Assembly (NCBI GenBank): GCA_003560665.1
Contig: PWKK01000023.1
Location: 110,417-174,416, forward strand
Origin: Candidatus Nealsonbacteria bacterium
Lineage (GTDB): Bacteria > Patescibacteriota > Minisyncoccia > Minisyncoccales > PWPS01
Direction: 5' to 3'
DNA: 64,000 nt
Part shown: positions 9,624 to 17,955 of the stretch, in pieces
Numbering within the stretch: position 1 is the first letter of the stretch
Layout of the letters: each line of letters begins with the position of its first letter
The notes under the pieces: model-generated
The model's input: only the letters and a program-made list of their open reading frames with translations
What the model was told of the DNA's origin: nothing
Databases searched by the model: none
Translations under genes and position numbers: made by a program

Positions 9624-10433
9624 ATGGATAATCTTATTCTTCCAACAAAAAATACGTGGTGTCCCGGTTGTGGGAATTTCGGGATTCAAAACGTGCTCAG
9701 AGAAGTAATATCACAAAACGACAGAGAGAAAACAGTTTTAGTTACCGGAATCGGATGTCACGGGAAAATAGCCGATTACTTTAACGTAAACAGTTTTTAC
9801 TCTCTGCACGGAAGAGCTATTCCTTCTGCTGTGGGGATAAAAATGGGAAACGAAGAGTTACAGGTGATATGCTCTGTGGGAGACGGTGATGCTTACAACG
9901 AAGGGATAGCCCATCTTATCCACGCTGCAAAAAGAAACTCCAACATCACCGTTGTTGTGCACAACAATCGTGTTTTTGCTTTGACCGTTAAACAAGCAAC
10001 CTCTACAAGCCCGAAAGAGTTTGTCGGAAGCACAACACCAAAAGGAGGAGTGGAGGAACCGATTAATCCGATGGATGTGATGCTTTCGACAGGAGCATCT
10101 TTTGTCGCCCGAGGATATGTCGGAAAGCCCGAACAGTTGACAAGAATTATATCCGAAGGGGTAAAACACCGAGGATTCTCTTTTATAGAAGTACTACAAC
10201 CCTGTGTTGCATGGCTTAACACTTATGAAAGCTATAACGAAAAAACATACGAGATGGAAGAAGAGTTTTTACCTTTACAAGAAGCAAGAGAAAAAGCAAG
10301 AGAGTGGGATTACAACAACGGAGGAGAAATCCCCCTCGGAGTTTTTTACCGAGAAGAAAAACCGACGATTGAAGAGCAGGTGGGAGAGGTTTCTTTTGTT
10401 GACACAAAAGAAATACTTGAAAAAAGCAAATAA
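9624..10433 (+). CDS. korB: 2-oxoacid:ferredoxin oxidoreductase beta subunit (TPP-binding).
   Basis: WCPGCGNFG and GIGCHGK motifs. Located directly downstream of korA. Confidence 0.85.
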   Translation: MDNLILPTKNTWCPGCGNFGIQNVLREVISQNDREKTVLVTGIGCHGKIADYFNVNSFYSLHGRAIPSAVGIKMGNEELQVICSVGDGDAYNEGIAHLIHAAKRNSNITVVVHNNRVFALTVKQATSTSPKEFVGSTTPKGGVEEPINPMDVMLSTGASFVARGYVGKPEQLTRIISEGVKHRGFSFIEVLQPCVAWLNTYESYNEKTYEMEEEFLPLQEAREKAREWDYNNGGEIPLGVFYREEKPTIEEQVGEVSFVDTKEILEKSK

Positions 10434-10445
10434 TATAATTCAAAC

Positions 10446-11651
10446 ATGAAACCGAAAGCAGTTATTTTAGCCGCTGGATGGGGAACAAGGTTAAGACCGC
10501 TTACTCTCGGGAGGCCGAAGCCGGCAATCCGTCTTTTAGGAGAAACTCTTGTCGAGCATAACCTAAGAGAACTTTCCGGGCTGATAGATGAGGCGGTAAT
10601 CGTTGTTGGCTATAAAGATGAAGTTATTAAGGAGAAAATGGGGGAAAGTTTTGCCGGGATAAAAATAAAGTATGTTCACCAAGATGAACAGCTCGGAACG
10701 GGGCACGCCGCCAAAGTTGCTCTTCCGTTTTTAGGCGAAGAGTTTTTGATTCTAAACGGTGACGATCTTTATCTGCGAGAGGATATTGAAAAGTGTTTAG
10801 AAAAGAATCCTTCTATTCTTGTAAAAGAGGTTGTTGAACCATCAAGATATGGGCAGGTTTCTGTAGAAGGAGGTGCGGTTAAAGAAATAGTGGAAAAACC
10901 CGCAACGAAAGTAAGTGACCTTATTAATGTTGGATGTTATTATCTAAACAAGTCTTTTTTTGAAAAAGAAATTGAAAAATCTTCTCGAGGAGAGTACGAA
11001 ATCGTTGATTTTTTAAAGTTCTTTATCAAAGAAAAAAACAGCCTTTATTATGCTTTGGCAAAAAAATGGATGCCGGTTACCTATCCCTGGAGCATTCTTG
11101 ACGCAACAGAAGAAATTTTCCGGGAAAGAGAGAGTAGAAAAGAAGGGGTTGTTGAAAAAGGAGCGTTTGTTAACGGGAAGATAATAATGGAAAAAGGAAG
11201 TGTTCTAAAAAGTGGGAGTGTAATCGACGGTCCTGTCTATATCGGGAAAGGCACGGTAGTCGGTCCCAATACCTATATTAAGGGGCCTACAGCGATTCAC
11301 GATAATTGTTTTGTCGGTGCCGGAGTAGAAGTACAAGAATCGGTTATCTTTTCGGGAACGCAAGTCCCTCATTACGCTTTTATCGGTGATTCCGTTATTG
11401 GTGAAAACTGTCTTGTCGGTGCGGGAGTTGTGTTGATAAACTTTCTTTTTGGTGGAGATGTTATCTGGGCAAAAGTTAAAGGTAAAAAAATAAGCACGGG
11501 AAGAGAAAAGATGGGAACGGTCATTGGAAACAATGTAAAGATCGGCCCCAATGTTTCCGTGATGCCGGGAGTAATGATTGCCGACGGGACAACGGTTTAT
11601 CCTAATATGCTGGTAAGGGAGAATGTTGGGGAGAATACGAGGTATGAATAG
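10446..11651 (+). CDS. Sugar-1-phosphate nucleotidyltransferase with a C-terminal left-handed beta-helix (GlmU / archaeal ST0452-like bifunctional type).
   Basis: N-terminus AVILAAGWGTRLRPLT (NTP-transferase G-rich loop). C-terminal hexapeptide repeats (VGAGVEV, IGDSVIGENCLVGAGV). Confidence 0.75.
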   Translation: MKPKAVILAAGWGTRLRPLTLGRPKPAIRLLGETLVEHNLRELSGLIDEAVIVVGYKDEVIKEKMGESFAGIKIKYVHQDEQLGTGHAAKVALPFLGEEFLILNGDDLYLREDIEKCLEKNPSILVKEVVEPSRYGQVSVEGGAVKEIVEKPATKVSDLINVGCYYLNKSFFEKEIEKSSRGEYEIVDFLKFFIKEKNSLYYALAKKWMPVTYPWSILDATEEIFRERESRKEGVVEKGAFVNGKIIMEKGSVLKSGSVIDGPVYIGKGTVVGPNTYIKGPTAIHDNCFVGAGVEVQESVIFSGTQVPHYAFIGDSVIGENCLVGAGVVLINFLFGGDVIWAKVKGKKISTGREKMGTVIGNNVKIGPNVSVMPGVMIADGTTVYPNMLVRENVGENTRYE

Positions 11652-11750
11652 TTTTAAGTTTTAGCGCAGAAAGAACCTAAATCTCAAAATAAAGACATAA
11701 AGAGAGCAAAGGTATATAGAAATAAATTTTGAAGTTTTAATTTTTATATC

Positions 11751-12671
11751 ATGTATGTAATCGGTGTTGATGGTGGGGGAACAAAAACAGAAAGTATGGT
11801 CGCCGACATGAAAGGAAAAATTATTGCAACAGGAGTAGCGGGGCCCTCTAATCCAAGAAACGTTGGAATTGAAAAAACAGTTCTTAATATTACGGAAGCG
11901 GTGAAGAAATCGTTTTCGAGAATTGAAAGTAAAGATATATTCTCTATTTTTGTAGGCATACCAGGGTTTGCAGAGGAATATGGCGAAAAGGAAGAAGAAA
12001 TTAGAGAAAAATTGGCAAAAAGGGTAAAAGACTTTTCTGTAAATGAAGAGAATATTAATATCGGGAGCGATCAAGAAGTTGCTTTTAGGTCGGGTACCGA
12101 TAAAAAAGAAGGAGCGGTTGTCATTTCCGGAACAGGGTCTGTTACAAGAGGATGGAGAGGAAAAAAAGACGTAAAAACGTCAGGATGGGGATGGCTTGTA
12201 GATGGAGGAGGCGCTTTTCAGGTGGGGCAGAAGGGACTTAAAAAGACAGTGGAAGCACTCGATGGAAGAATTAAAAAATCAATCCTGACAGACTTGTTGT
12301 TGCAGAAATTTAACGCGCAAAACATCAACGATTTAAACAAAATAATCTACCAAGAAAATCCAATAGAAAAAATTGCCCCCTTTTCTCTGGTTGTCAGTGA
12401 AGCAGCGGAGAGAGGAGATGAGGTTGCAAAGAATATACTTTTTGAAAGTAGCAACTATTTGGTGGAAGCTACAAAAAATACAATTAACCAGCTTCAATTC
12501 AAAGCAAAATTCCCTCTTGTTTTGGTAGGAGGAATGTTTAAGTCAGGTATTTTTCTTTCTTTTTTTAAAAAAGAAGTTTCTTCTTTTTGTCCGAAGGCGG
12601 ATATAATTTTACCAAAAAATAGCCCGACGATAGGAGCGGTGAAAATCGCTATTGAAAAAATTAATGGTTAA
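11751..12671 (+). CDS. BadF/BadG/BcrA/BcrD-type ATPase (N-acetylglucosamine kinase-like sugar kinase).
   Basis: N-terminus MYVIGVDGGGTKT, which is the family signature. Confidence 0.7.
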   Translation: MYVIGVDGGGTKTESMVADMKGKIIATGVAGPSNPRNVGIEKTVLNITEAVKKSFSRIESKDIFSIFVGIPGFAEEYGEKEEEIREKLAKRVKDFSVNEENINIGSDQEVAFRSGTDKKEGAVVISGTGSVTRGWRGKKDVKTSGWGWLVDGGGAFQVGQKGLKKTVEALDGRIKKSILTDLLLQKFNAQNINDLNKIIYQENPIEKIAPFSLVVSEAAERGDEVAKNILFESSNYLVEATKNTINQLQFKAKFPLVLVGGMFKSGIFLSFFKKEVSSFCPKADIILPKNSPTIGAVKIAIEKING

Positions 12672-12676
12672 AGAAC

Positions 12677-13933
12677 ATGCACGAAAATATAAGGAAAAGT
12701 GATAAAGAGGTTTATGATATCCTTTTAAAGGAAGAAAAAAGAAAAGAGGATACACTGGAAATGATTCCTTCGGAAAATCACACCTCACCGGCGGTTCTTG
12801 AGGCACTTTCATCTGTTTTTAACGATAAATACGCAGAAGGATACCCCAAAAAAAGATATTACGGAGGAAACGAGCATATCGATGAGGTGGAGATTTTATG
12901 TCAAGAAAGAGCGAAAAAGATTTTCGCCGTTCCTTTTGCCAATGTACAGCCCTATTCGGGATCACCGGCGAATCAGGCCGTTTATTTTGCCACCTTAAAT
13001 CCAGGAGAAAAAGTTTTGGGGATGCATCTTAGCGCTGGAGGGCATCTTACTCACGGGTGGAAGGTTAATTTTTCTGGCAAATATTATGATTCTGTTTTCT
13101 ACGGAGTAAACGAAAGGACAAGCAGAATTGATTACGAAGAAGTTGGAAAGATTGCAAAAAAAGAACGCCCAAAGTTAATTTTTGCGGGAACCACCTCTTA
13201 TCCTCGTTTTTTGGACTTTAAGAAGTTCCGTGAGATTGCCGACAGTGTGGGAGCTTATCTTTGCACGGATGTTTCTCATATCTCGGGGCTGATTGTTTCC
13301 GGGACACACCCCAGTCCAGCGGAACATGCACATATCATTACTACCACCACTCATAAAACACTTCGCGGGCCGAGAGGAGCCCTTATTATGACCACAAGAG
13401 CAGGAATAGAAAAAGACGAGGATTTACCCGAGAAGATTGATAAAGCGGTCTTCCCGGGGCTTCAAGGGGGTCCTCACGAGCACCAGATAGCGGCGATAGC
13501 GATTTGCCTAAAAGAAGCGATGAGCCCTGTTTTTAAAAAATATGGAGAACAGATTGTCGAAAACTCTAAAGCATTAGCAGAGGGACTGAGAGAAAGAGGA
13601 TTTTCTCTGATTTCGGGGGGAACCGATAACCACCTTTTGGTTGTTGATATGAGAAGCAAAGATATTTCTGGAAAGGAGACACAAGAACTTTTAGAAAGTG
13701 CGGGAATTGTTGTCAATAAAAACGCTATTCCGTTTGATCCGGAGCCTCCCTTTAATCCATCAGGTATTCGTCTTGGAACTCCTGCTGTTACCACCAGGGG
13801 GATGAGGGAAAGAGAAATGAAAGAAATAGCCGAGATGATTGCCGAAGTTGTCGAGAAGAAGGATGAAAAGACAGCGGTGGAGGTAGGAGAGAAAGTAAAA
13901 AAACTGTGTCATAAGTTTCCACTACGAAAATGA
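12677..13933 (+). CDS. glyA: Serine hydroxymethyltransferase.
   Basis: LEMIPSENHTSPAVLEAL and TTTTHKTLRGPRG (PLP-Lys region). Confidence 0.95.
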   Translation: MHENIRKSDKEVYDILLKEEKRKEDTLEMIPSENHTSPAVLEALSSVFNDKYAEGYPKKRYYGGNEHIDEVEILCQERAKKIFAVPFANVQPYSGSPANQAVYFATLNPGEKVLGMHLSAGGHLTHGWKVNFSGKYYDSVFYGVNERTSRIDYEEVGKIAKKERPKLIFAGTTSYPRFLDFKKFREIADSVGAYLCTDVSHISGLIVSGTHPSPAEHAHIITTTTHKTLRGPRGALIMTTRAGIEKDEDLPEKIDKAVFPGLQGGPHEHQIAAIAICLKEAMSPVFKKYGEQIVENSKALAEGLRERGFSLISGGTDNHLLVVDMRSKDISGKETQELLESAGIVVNKNAIPFDPEPPFNPSGIRLGTPAVTTRGMREREMKEIAEMIAEVVEKKDEKTAVEVGEKVKKLCHKFPLRK

Positions 13934-14748
13934 TTTTAATGAACGGAAAAGAAATTGCCGAAAAGAAGTTTTTAAAACTTGAAAAAAGAATAAAACGAGA
14001 AGTTTCTTCTCCTTCTCTGGCGGTGGTAAGGATTGGGAAAAACGCTGTTTCCGATACCTATGTGCGTGTAAAAAAAAGAGAGTTGGAAAAGAGAGGAGTC
14101 AATGTTTCAGTGTACAGCTTTAAAGAAGACGTTAAGGAAAATGATTTACGAGAAAAAATAAAGGAGCTTAAAGAAGATGGGGTAATCGTACAACTTCCGA
14201 TACCCTCTCTTTTGGACAGAGAAAAAGTGTTAAATGCTATTCCTGAAAAGAAGGATGTGGATTTTCTTTCTTCTGGTGCTTGCGGAAAGTTTTACAAAGG
14301 AATCAGCCGAACGAATCCCCCGGTAGTGGGGGCTGTCAAGACACTTCTTCGGGAAAACGGTTTTTCGATAAAGGGGAAAACAGTGGCTTTAGTTGGAGCG
14401 GGTGAGCTTGTTGGGAAACCATTATCAGTGTTTTTTATAAGGGAAGGAGCTACCGTTTCTGTGATGAACAAAAACACGGAATATTTAAGTTTTTTTACTT
14501 TGCATGCGGACGTGGTCGTTTCCGGGGCCGGTGTTCCCGGCTTAATTACTGGGGAAATGATAAAAGAGGGTGCGGTAATTATTGATTGTGGAACGAGTAA
14601 TTCTTCAGGAAAAATCAAGGGGGATGTTGATTGGGAGAGCATTAAGATGAAAGACGGTTATTTTGCTCCTGTTCCCGGAGGAGTGGGACCACTTACCGTG
14701 TATCACTTGGCAAACAACTTGTTGCAACTAAAGACTGATAAAAAATGA
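13930..14748 (+). CDS. folD: Bifunctional methylene-THF dehydrogenase/cyclohydrolase.
   Basis: FolD fold order with VGAGELVGKPL (Rossmann). The start overlaps the glyA stop (ATGA). Confidence 0.9.
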   Translation: MILMNGKEIAEKKFLKLEKRIKREVSSPSLAVVRIGKNAVSDTYVRVKKRELEKRGVNVSVYSFKEDVKENDLREKIKELKEDGVIVQLPIPSLLDREKVLNAIPEKKDVDFLSSGACGKFYKGISRTNPPVVGAVKTLLRENGFSIKGKTVALVGAGELVGKPLSVFFIREGATVSVMNKNTEYLSFFTLHADVVVSGAGVPGLITGEMIKEGAVIIDCGTSNSSGKIKGDVDWESIKMKDGYFAPVPGGVGPLTVYHLANNLLQLKTDKK

Positions 14749-15275
14749 ATGTTGACAAAGCAGTATTTCTATTTTTAAACGATTTTACGGGAAGGTATTT
14801 TTACCTTGATTTTGTCTTTTATTTTTTCGCCGCTATTGCTCCTTATATAATAGTTTTTTTACTTTTGTTTTTTTTAGTGCGGAACTGGAAAAAGAACGGA
14901 TGGTTTGTAGGGGAGGTTCTTTTTACCGGGTTTTTTGCACGCTACGCATTGGTAGAACTGGTGCGTTACTTTTTTCCTCGTATCAGACCTTTTCGAGCGC
15001 TAGAAGATGTTAATCTTCTTCTCCCTTACAAAGAAACCCTTTCTTTTCCTTCTGGCCATACCGCTTTTCTTTTTGGTGTCTCTACCGCTGTCTATTTTTA
15101 CAATAAAAACTTAGGCATTGTTCTTTACGTTTTTTCTTTTTTGATGAGCAGCTCAAGGGTTTTTGCAGGGACCCACTGGCCGATGGACGTTTTGGCTGGG
15201 GCGTTGGTTGGTATTTTTGCAGGTCTTTTTATCAGTGAAATATCTCTTTTTATAAGAAGAAAGGTTGAAGAATAA
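14745..15275 (+). CDS. PAP2-family membrane phosphatase (undecaprenyl-diphosphatase-like).
   Basis: PSGH and SRVFAGTHWPMDV PAP2 motifs, with multiple TM helices. Confidence 0.8.
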   Translation: MNVDKAVFLFLNDFTGRYFYLDFVFYFFAAIAPYIIVFLLLFFLVRNWKKNGWFVGEVLFTGFFARYALVELVRYFFPRIRPFRALEDVNLLLPYKETLSFPSGHTAFLFGVSTAVYFYNKNLGIVLYVFSFLMSSSRVFAGTHWPMDVLAGALVGIFAGLFISEISLFIRRKVEE

Positions 15276-15283
15276 TTAAAAAT

Positions 15284-15311
15284 TTGACAAAAAATTAAAA
15301 AGTCATATAAT
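15284..15311 (+). promoter_or_regulatory. Sigma70-like promoter (TTGACA, 16-nt spacer, TATAAT).
   Basis: Exact consensus hexamers read directly from the sequence. Confidence 0.6.
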
Positions 15312-15320
15312 ACAAGTGTT

Positions 15321-15440
15321 ATGTTTAAAAAGTTCAGGAAACTTAGTCTCGTCGTGACTATCCCTTTGTAGGTGGAGGTTTCCTTTTCTAGAACTTTTAA
15401 GCGAAAACCTCCCTTCTTTAAAAAAGGGATTTGTTTTTTT
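15321..15440 (+). promoter_or_regulatory. Attenuator-like leader. A 16-codon sORF (MFKKFRKLSLVVTIPL) is followed by hairpin 1 (GGAGGTTT..AAACCTCC). Hairpin 1 overlaps a terminator hairpin (TCCCT..AGGGA plus a T-run).
   Basis: Hairpin 1 spans 15374-15412. The terminator stem spans 15410-15429 and the T-run 15430-15440. The two structures share 3 nt, so they are mutually exclusive. Confidence 0.4.
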
Positions 15441-15622
15441 GTCCTTCAGCCTAAGAGAAACAACTTTTATGCGGGAGGGGAAAAGAGGAATAGAAATTAT
15501 TCACGTTTTCAAAGCGTCAAATACCCTACGGCGCTTTGGTGAAGCTATTCCCCCTCCCGACCAAAAAAGGAGGGTAAAGTTCTTTGTTAAAATACAACAA
15601 TACACCAAAGGAAGGGAAAAGA

Positions 15623-15805
15623 ATGGATGAGACAAGAAAAAAGATTGCCAAGCTCCGGGAAGAACTATCAAAAATAGAAATAGAGGAGAAACATTTGATC
15701 TCAAAAGAAGAGAAAAACCATGCCGACTGGTACCGACTGCGGTGGCTGACAACAGAAAAAGAAAGAAAAAAAGAGGAGATAGAGGAATTGAAGGGAATTA
15801 TATAA
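15623..15805 (+). CDS. Hypothetical small K/E-rich coiled-coil protein (60 aa).
   Basis: ATG preceded by GGAAGGGAAAAG (RBS-like). No recognisable domain. Confidence 0.45.
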   Translation: MDETRKKIAKLREELSKIEIEEKHLISKEEKNHADWYRLRWLTTEKERKKEEIEELKGII

Positions 15806-15844
15806 GTTTTTAATCTGATAAGCTGAGCGAAAGGAGGCGAGAAA

Positions 15845-16204
15845 ATGAGTTTTCCGAGAACCGAACGGGACCACAAATACCTTTCCGGCATCCTCACTAA
15901 CTTCATTGCACTGAGAGATAAACTTGAAAAAGCAAGAAAGGAGAAGAGTGAGTGCGAAGAGGAGCTAAGAAAAGAAATGAGTAAATTCGACGAACTGCTG
16001 GCAAGTCCTCAAAAATATTGTCGAACAAAACGTTATCGCCTAAGATTAACACTTGATCGCATTGAACTCTTGACAAAGAAAAGGGAAGTGGCCATTGACA
16101 AGGTAAAAAAGTACGGGTATCACCATACTAGAGCAGCATGGAGTTTAAGGGGAGCTCCAGTTGACAACGGTATGCGTCAGGAAGACTTGTATTATGTATA
16201 TTAA
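15845..16204 (+). CDS. Hypothetical protein (119 aa).
   Basis: ORF with an upstream GAAAGGAGG RBS and a strong terminator immediately downstream. No recognisable domain. Confidence 0.55.
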   Translation: MSFPRTERDHKYLSGILTNFIALRDKLEKARKEKSECEEELRKEMSKFDELLASPQKYCRTKRYRLRLTLDRIELLTKKREVAIDKVKKYGYHHTRAAWSLRGAPVDNGMRQEDLYYVY

Positions 16205-16207
16205 AGA

Positions 16208-16246
16208 CAAAGCCCGGTATATTTCTAATACCGGGCTTTCTATTTA
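16208..16246. terminator. Bidirectional rho-independent terminator.
   Basis: Stem AAGCCCGGTAT..ATACCGGGCTT, flanked by an A-run on one side and a T-run on the other. Confidence 0.75.
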
Positions 16247-16357
16247 AATCTTGGCCAGTCAAATGATTTTTTATTTCCAAGAAAAATTTAAGCAGCTCTG
16301 AAATTATTTATACAACACTAAATAAAGAATTGTTGTTTCCTGATAATTTGTTTTTTG

Positions 16358-16441
16358 TGCCCGAGGAGAGACTCGAACTCTCAAGGTGTTGCCACCAGCG
16401 GATTTTGAATCCGCCGCGTATACCAATTCCGCCACTCGGGC
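16358..16441 (-). tRNA. tRNA-Leu (anticodon CAA), class II with a long variable arm. CCA is not encoded.
   Basis: Acceptor GCCCGAG/CTCGGGC. Anticodon stem GCGGA/TCCGC with loop TTCAAAA. Variable-arm hairpin GGTG-GCAA-CACC. T-arm GAGAG-TTCGAGT-CTCTC. Confidence 0.85.
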
Positions 16442-16444
16442 CAA

Positions 16445-17407
16445 TTATTTTTTAAATGGATTGTAAAAAACGTCTTTCTCTTCGTTTTTCGGATCTGCAC
16501 TAAAGAGATTTTTTGCAGAGCTGTAATTGTGCCTATGTACTTCCGGAGAACAATCTAAAACAGAAAAACGGTATTTTTTACGTAAAACCTCTTTCATTAT
16601 ATCATATGGGAGGCCATTATCGTCTAAATGAAAACGGTAATCGTGAAAAAACTGAGCATTTGGATGGTCAAAGCAGATATGTGAAATATTGTGAGGATAA
16701 ACATAAAGGGTGATTAACTGTAAGTGCTTCACACCAATTTTGTCTAAAAAAGGAAGCATGGCGAAAAGTTTTTTACGATGTTTTGGATAAGAGGGCTCCT
16801 CCACTGCGACAATAAAACCAAGTTTTACTGCCTCTTCCATATTTTTGTAAACTTTCTTTGAAAAATTAGAAGCGCTAAGATGAAACCTCAGCTCATCAAT
16901 GCCAGCATGTTTTAATCTTTTTAAAACTTCTTTACTTGCAAGGGTGCCGTTTGTATAAACTTTGTAGTAAGGCCTGCTCTCTGTTCTTTTTTCGATTTCT
17001 TTGAGTTCTTTCATTACTCTTTCCAATCCTTGCAAATTCAAAAGGGGCTCGCCGGCGGTAAAACCAATTATGTGCGGACCGTTTTCTCCATAGTCGGGGA
17101 AAAGAGAGCGTCTATAGACTTCTGCTATGCCGTTATCAATTTGTTTTTCCGATATTCTACCTTCCTTGGTTTTACTATCTAAATAGCAGTAGTTGCAATT
17201 CAGATTACACTCACTTCCCAGGCAAAAAGAGTAGTTGTATTTTGATCCAATAAAGCAGTTTCTACAACCGTAAGAGATTTTTCCGACATGAAAGCAGTGA
17301 TCGAGAAAGTTGCTTTGTATTCCTGAAATTGATTCTCTTTTTCTTCTTCTTTTATCTAAAACTTCTAAGGGGCTAACTATTTTAATTTTTTTGTTTTTGC
17401 CTTTCAT
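16445..17407 (-). CDS. Radical SAM protein (PflA-like / COG2108-like, function unknown).
   Basis: CNLNCNYC (CxxxCxxC) motif, a GEP (FTAGEPLL) SAM-binding motif, and an N-terminal extra Cys cluster (CFHVGKISYGCRNCF). The stop codon lies 3 nt from the tRNA-Leu 5' end. Confidence 0.75.
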   Translation of the reverse strand: MKGKNKKIKIVSPLEVLDKRRRKRESISGIQSNFLDHCFHVGKISYGCRNCFIGSKYNYSFCLGSECNLNCNYCYLDSKTKEGRISEKQIDNGIAEVYRRSLFPDYGENGPHIIGFTAGEPLLNLQGLERVMKELKEIEKRTESRPYYKVYTNGTLASKEVLKRLKHAGIDELRFHLSASNFSKKVYKNMEEAVKLGFIVAVEEPSYPKHRKKLFAMLPFLDKIGVKHLQLITLYVYPHNISHICFDHPNAQFFHDYRFHLDDNGLPYDIMKEVLRKKYRFSVLDCSPEVHRHNYSSAKNLFSADPKNEEKDVFYNPFKK

Positions 17408-17565
17408 AAATTTTAAACTAACACTATTTTACTTGAAAATCGACTAATTGCAAACAAAAGAGATACAGGAAGGGCTTAAAATGTCGGCAGAAAACGAACT
17501 TGCAAAATAAAATTTTTTTGCTATATTAAAACCGACTACAAAGGTCTGAATTAAAATATATCAAA

Positions 17566-17955
17566 ATGAAAGCAACAAAAAGGACCCAGTACGCCCTGCG
17601 GGCGATGATTAATCTTGCCGAAAGTGAAGGTGAGGTGTTGCCATTGAGATCTGTTTCCGAAAAAGAGGGTATTTCTTTTGATTATTTGGAAAAAATATTT
17701 TCCAAATTGGAAAAAGCATCTTTGGTAAATTCTAGGAGAGGCGCTACCGGAGGATATTTTCTTTCACGAGCTTCAGATAAAATTACACTGAAAGATATAT
17801 TTGATGCGGTGGAAGAAACCGTTTCCGTTGTTGACTGCATAGAAACAAAATGCCCCAGAGATAGCGGTTGCCGCGCTTCGGGGGCGTGGAAAAAAGTCAA
17901 TAAAAGGATAGAAGAAACGCTTTATTCAATTAAATTATCGGATTTAATAAAATGA
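17566..17955 (+). CDS. Rrf2-family transcriptional regulator (IscR-like).
   Basis: N-terminal wHTH (YALRAMINLA...SVSEKEGISFDYLEKIFSKL). Positioned directly upstream of iscS. Confidence 0.8.
   Translation: MKATKRTQYALRAMINLAESEGEVLPLRSVSEKEGISFDYLEKIFSKLEKASLVNSRRGATGGYFLSRASDKITLKDIFDAVEETVSVVDCIETKCPRDSGCRASGAWKKVNKRIEETLYSIKLSDLIK

Noticed and set aside
15439-15630. 63-aa ORF overlapping the leader region upstream of the small-protein operon.
   Set aside because: It lies across the predicted terminator and structured leader. It has no RBS, and the region is better explained as regulatory RNA.
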